From Myxococcota bacterium (GTDB lineage Bacteria; Myxococcota; UBA4151), in NCBI GenBank assembly GCA_036338695.1, contig JAYZBQ010000036.1:1-16713 (forward strand): DNA of 16,713 nt, given 5' to 3'. The position numbers and the translations under genes were made by a program. Numbering within the stretch: the stretch's first letter is position 1; every line of letters starts with the position of its first letter. Of the stretch, positions 15,755 through 16,713 are shown one piece after another. The notes under the pieces are model-generated. The model was not told the DNA's origin. It did no database searches and saw only the letters and a program-made list of their open reading frames with translations.

Positions 15755-16713
15755 ATGAGCCACGAGGAGCCACGCCTGGCTTTGACCTTTGACGACGTCT
15801 TGCTCGTCCCGCAGGCTTCATCTGTTCATCCGGCAGACGTCAACCTGTCGACCAAAGTGACGCGCTCGCTCGATCTGAGCATCCCGATCCTCTCGGCGGC
15901 GATGGACACCGTCACGGAGGCGCCGATGGCGATCGCTATGTCGCAGCAGGGCGGTCTCGGCATCATCCACAAAAACCTCCACCCGCAGCGTCAAGCGGCG
16001 GAGGTTCGGCAGGTCAAGAAGTACGAGTCTGGGATGGTGACGGACCCGTTCACCTGCGGACCGAACCAGAAGCTCGGCGAGGTCGTTGAGTTGATGCAGA
16101 GCCGCGGGATCTCAGGGGTGCCGGTGGTCGATGGTCAGTCCTTGGTTGGTCTGTTGACCCGGCGCGACATCCGCTTCGTCGACGACATGAACGAGCCGGT
16201 CAGCTCGTTGATGACCACCGACCTGGTCACGGTCCGTGAAAATGTCACCGAGGAGCAGTGTCGCTCGCTGTTGCATCGCCACCGGATTGAGAAGCTTCTC
16301 GTGACCGACGAGTCTAACCGCTTAGTCGGCCTCATTACGCTCACCGATATCCTCAAGCGCGAGACGCTGCCCGGCGCAGCCCGTGATGAGCGAGGCAGCC
16401 TTTTGGTCGGCGCCGCCGTGGGTGTGAGCGATGACGTGCGCGTCGCCCTGCTCGCCGAGGCTGGAGTCGATGTGCTGGTGGTCGACACAGCGCACGGACA
16501 CAGCGCCGCCGTCGGTCAAGCGGTCGCTCGGTACAAAGAGGCGCACCCCGAGGTGCAGTTCATCGCAGGGAACATTGCCACGGCTGCTGCTGCTCGGGAT
16601 CTGATCGCCGCAGGCGCCGACGCGCTCAAGGTCGGCATCGGCCCGGGTTCGATCTGTACGACACGGATGGTCGCTGGCGTCGGGGTCCCACAGATAACGG
16701 CGATCATGGACGT
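15755..16713 (+). CDS. guaB: IMP dehydrogenase with CBS pair (3' end outside window)
   Basis: Manually translated: [19 protein letters not shown]..., [25 protein letters not shown] region (ISGVPVV, IEKLLV), [14 protein letters not shown], catalytic loop [13 protein letters not shown]. Not in the ORF track because it runs off the edge. Confidence 0.97.
   Translation, partial: MSHEEPRLALTFDDVLLVPQASSVHPADVNLSTKVTRSLDLSIPILSAAMDTVTEAPMAIAMSQQGGLGIIHKNLHPQRQAAEVRQVKKYESGMVTDPFTCGPNQKLGEVVELMQSRGISGVPVVDGQSLVGLLTRRDIRFVDDMNEPVSSLMTTDLVTVRENVTEEQCRSLLHRHRIEKLLVTDESNRLVGLITLTDILKRETLPGAARDERGSLLVGAAVGVSDDVRVALLAEAGVDVLVVDTAHGHSAAVGQAVARYKEAHPEVQFIAGNIATAAAARDLIAAGADALKVGIGPGSICTTRMVAGVGVPQITAIMD

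Noticed and set aside
9341..16707. Many long antisense ORFs (e.g. 9341..10105, 12703..13272, 13273..13842, 14931..15821)
   Set aside because: Expected stop-poor shadow frames in GC-rich DNA opposite well-supported genes.
1..16713. CRISPR array, IS element, rRNA or frameshifted pseudogene
   Set aside because: No spaced direct repeats, transposase motifs, rRNA signatures or broken reading frames were seen by eye.

Overview
GC-rich chromosomal core region, most likely from a myxobacterium or close relative (inferred from a Tgl-type pilotin and tandem eukaryotic-like Ser/Thr kinases). From left to right: (1) a large minus-strand lipoprotein gene, 1736 to <1, absent from the ORF track because it runs off the edge; (2) a short zinc-independent rpmG (L33), also absent from the track; (3) a YbdK/GCS2 carboxylate-amine ligase and a small membrane protein; (4) divergent tRNA-Lys(TTT) and tRNA-Glu(TTC), each with a terminator; (5) a tightly coupled recJ-hyp-hyp-tgl-recO run; (6) a convergent TPR-like membrane protein; (7) a kinase-STAND NTPase-TPR protein coupled to a zinc-ribbon/kinase/TM receptor kinase; (8) a secreted hypothetical; (9) the 5' part of guaB. 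I saw no mobile element, CRISPR array or obvious compositional island. The most striking observation is the left-edge lipoprotein. It carries esterase-type alpha/beta-hydrolase motifs in circularly permuted order: nucleophile GVSMGG first, then Asp and His, then the normally N-terminal YVLPPGY...YPVLYFLHG strands. A ~325-aa insert containing Asp/Gly-rich, probably Ca-binding, loops sits in the lid position. All family assignments come from motif recognition by eye, not database searches.
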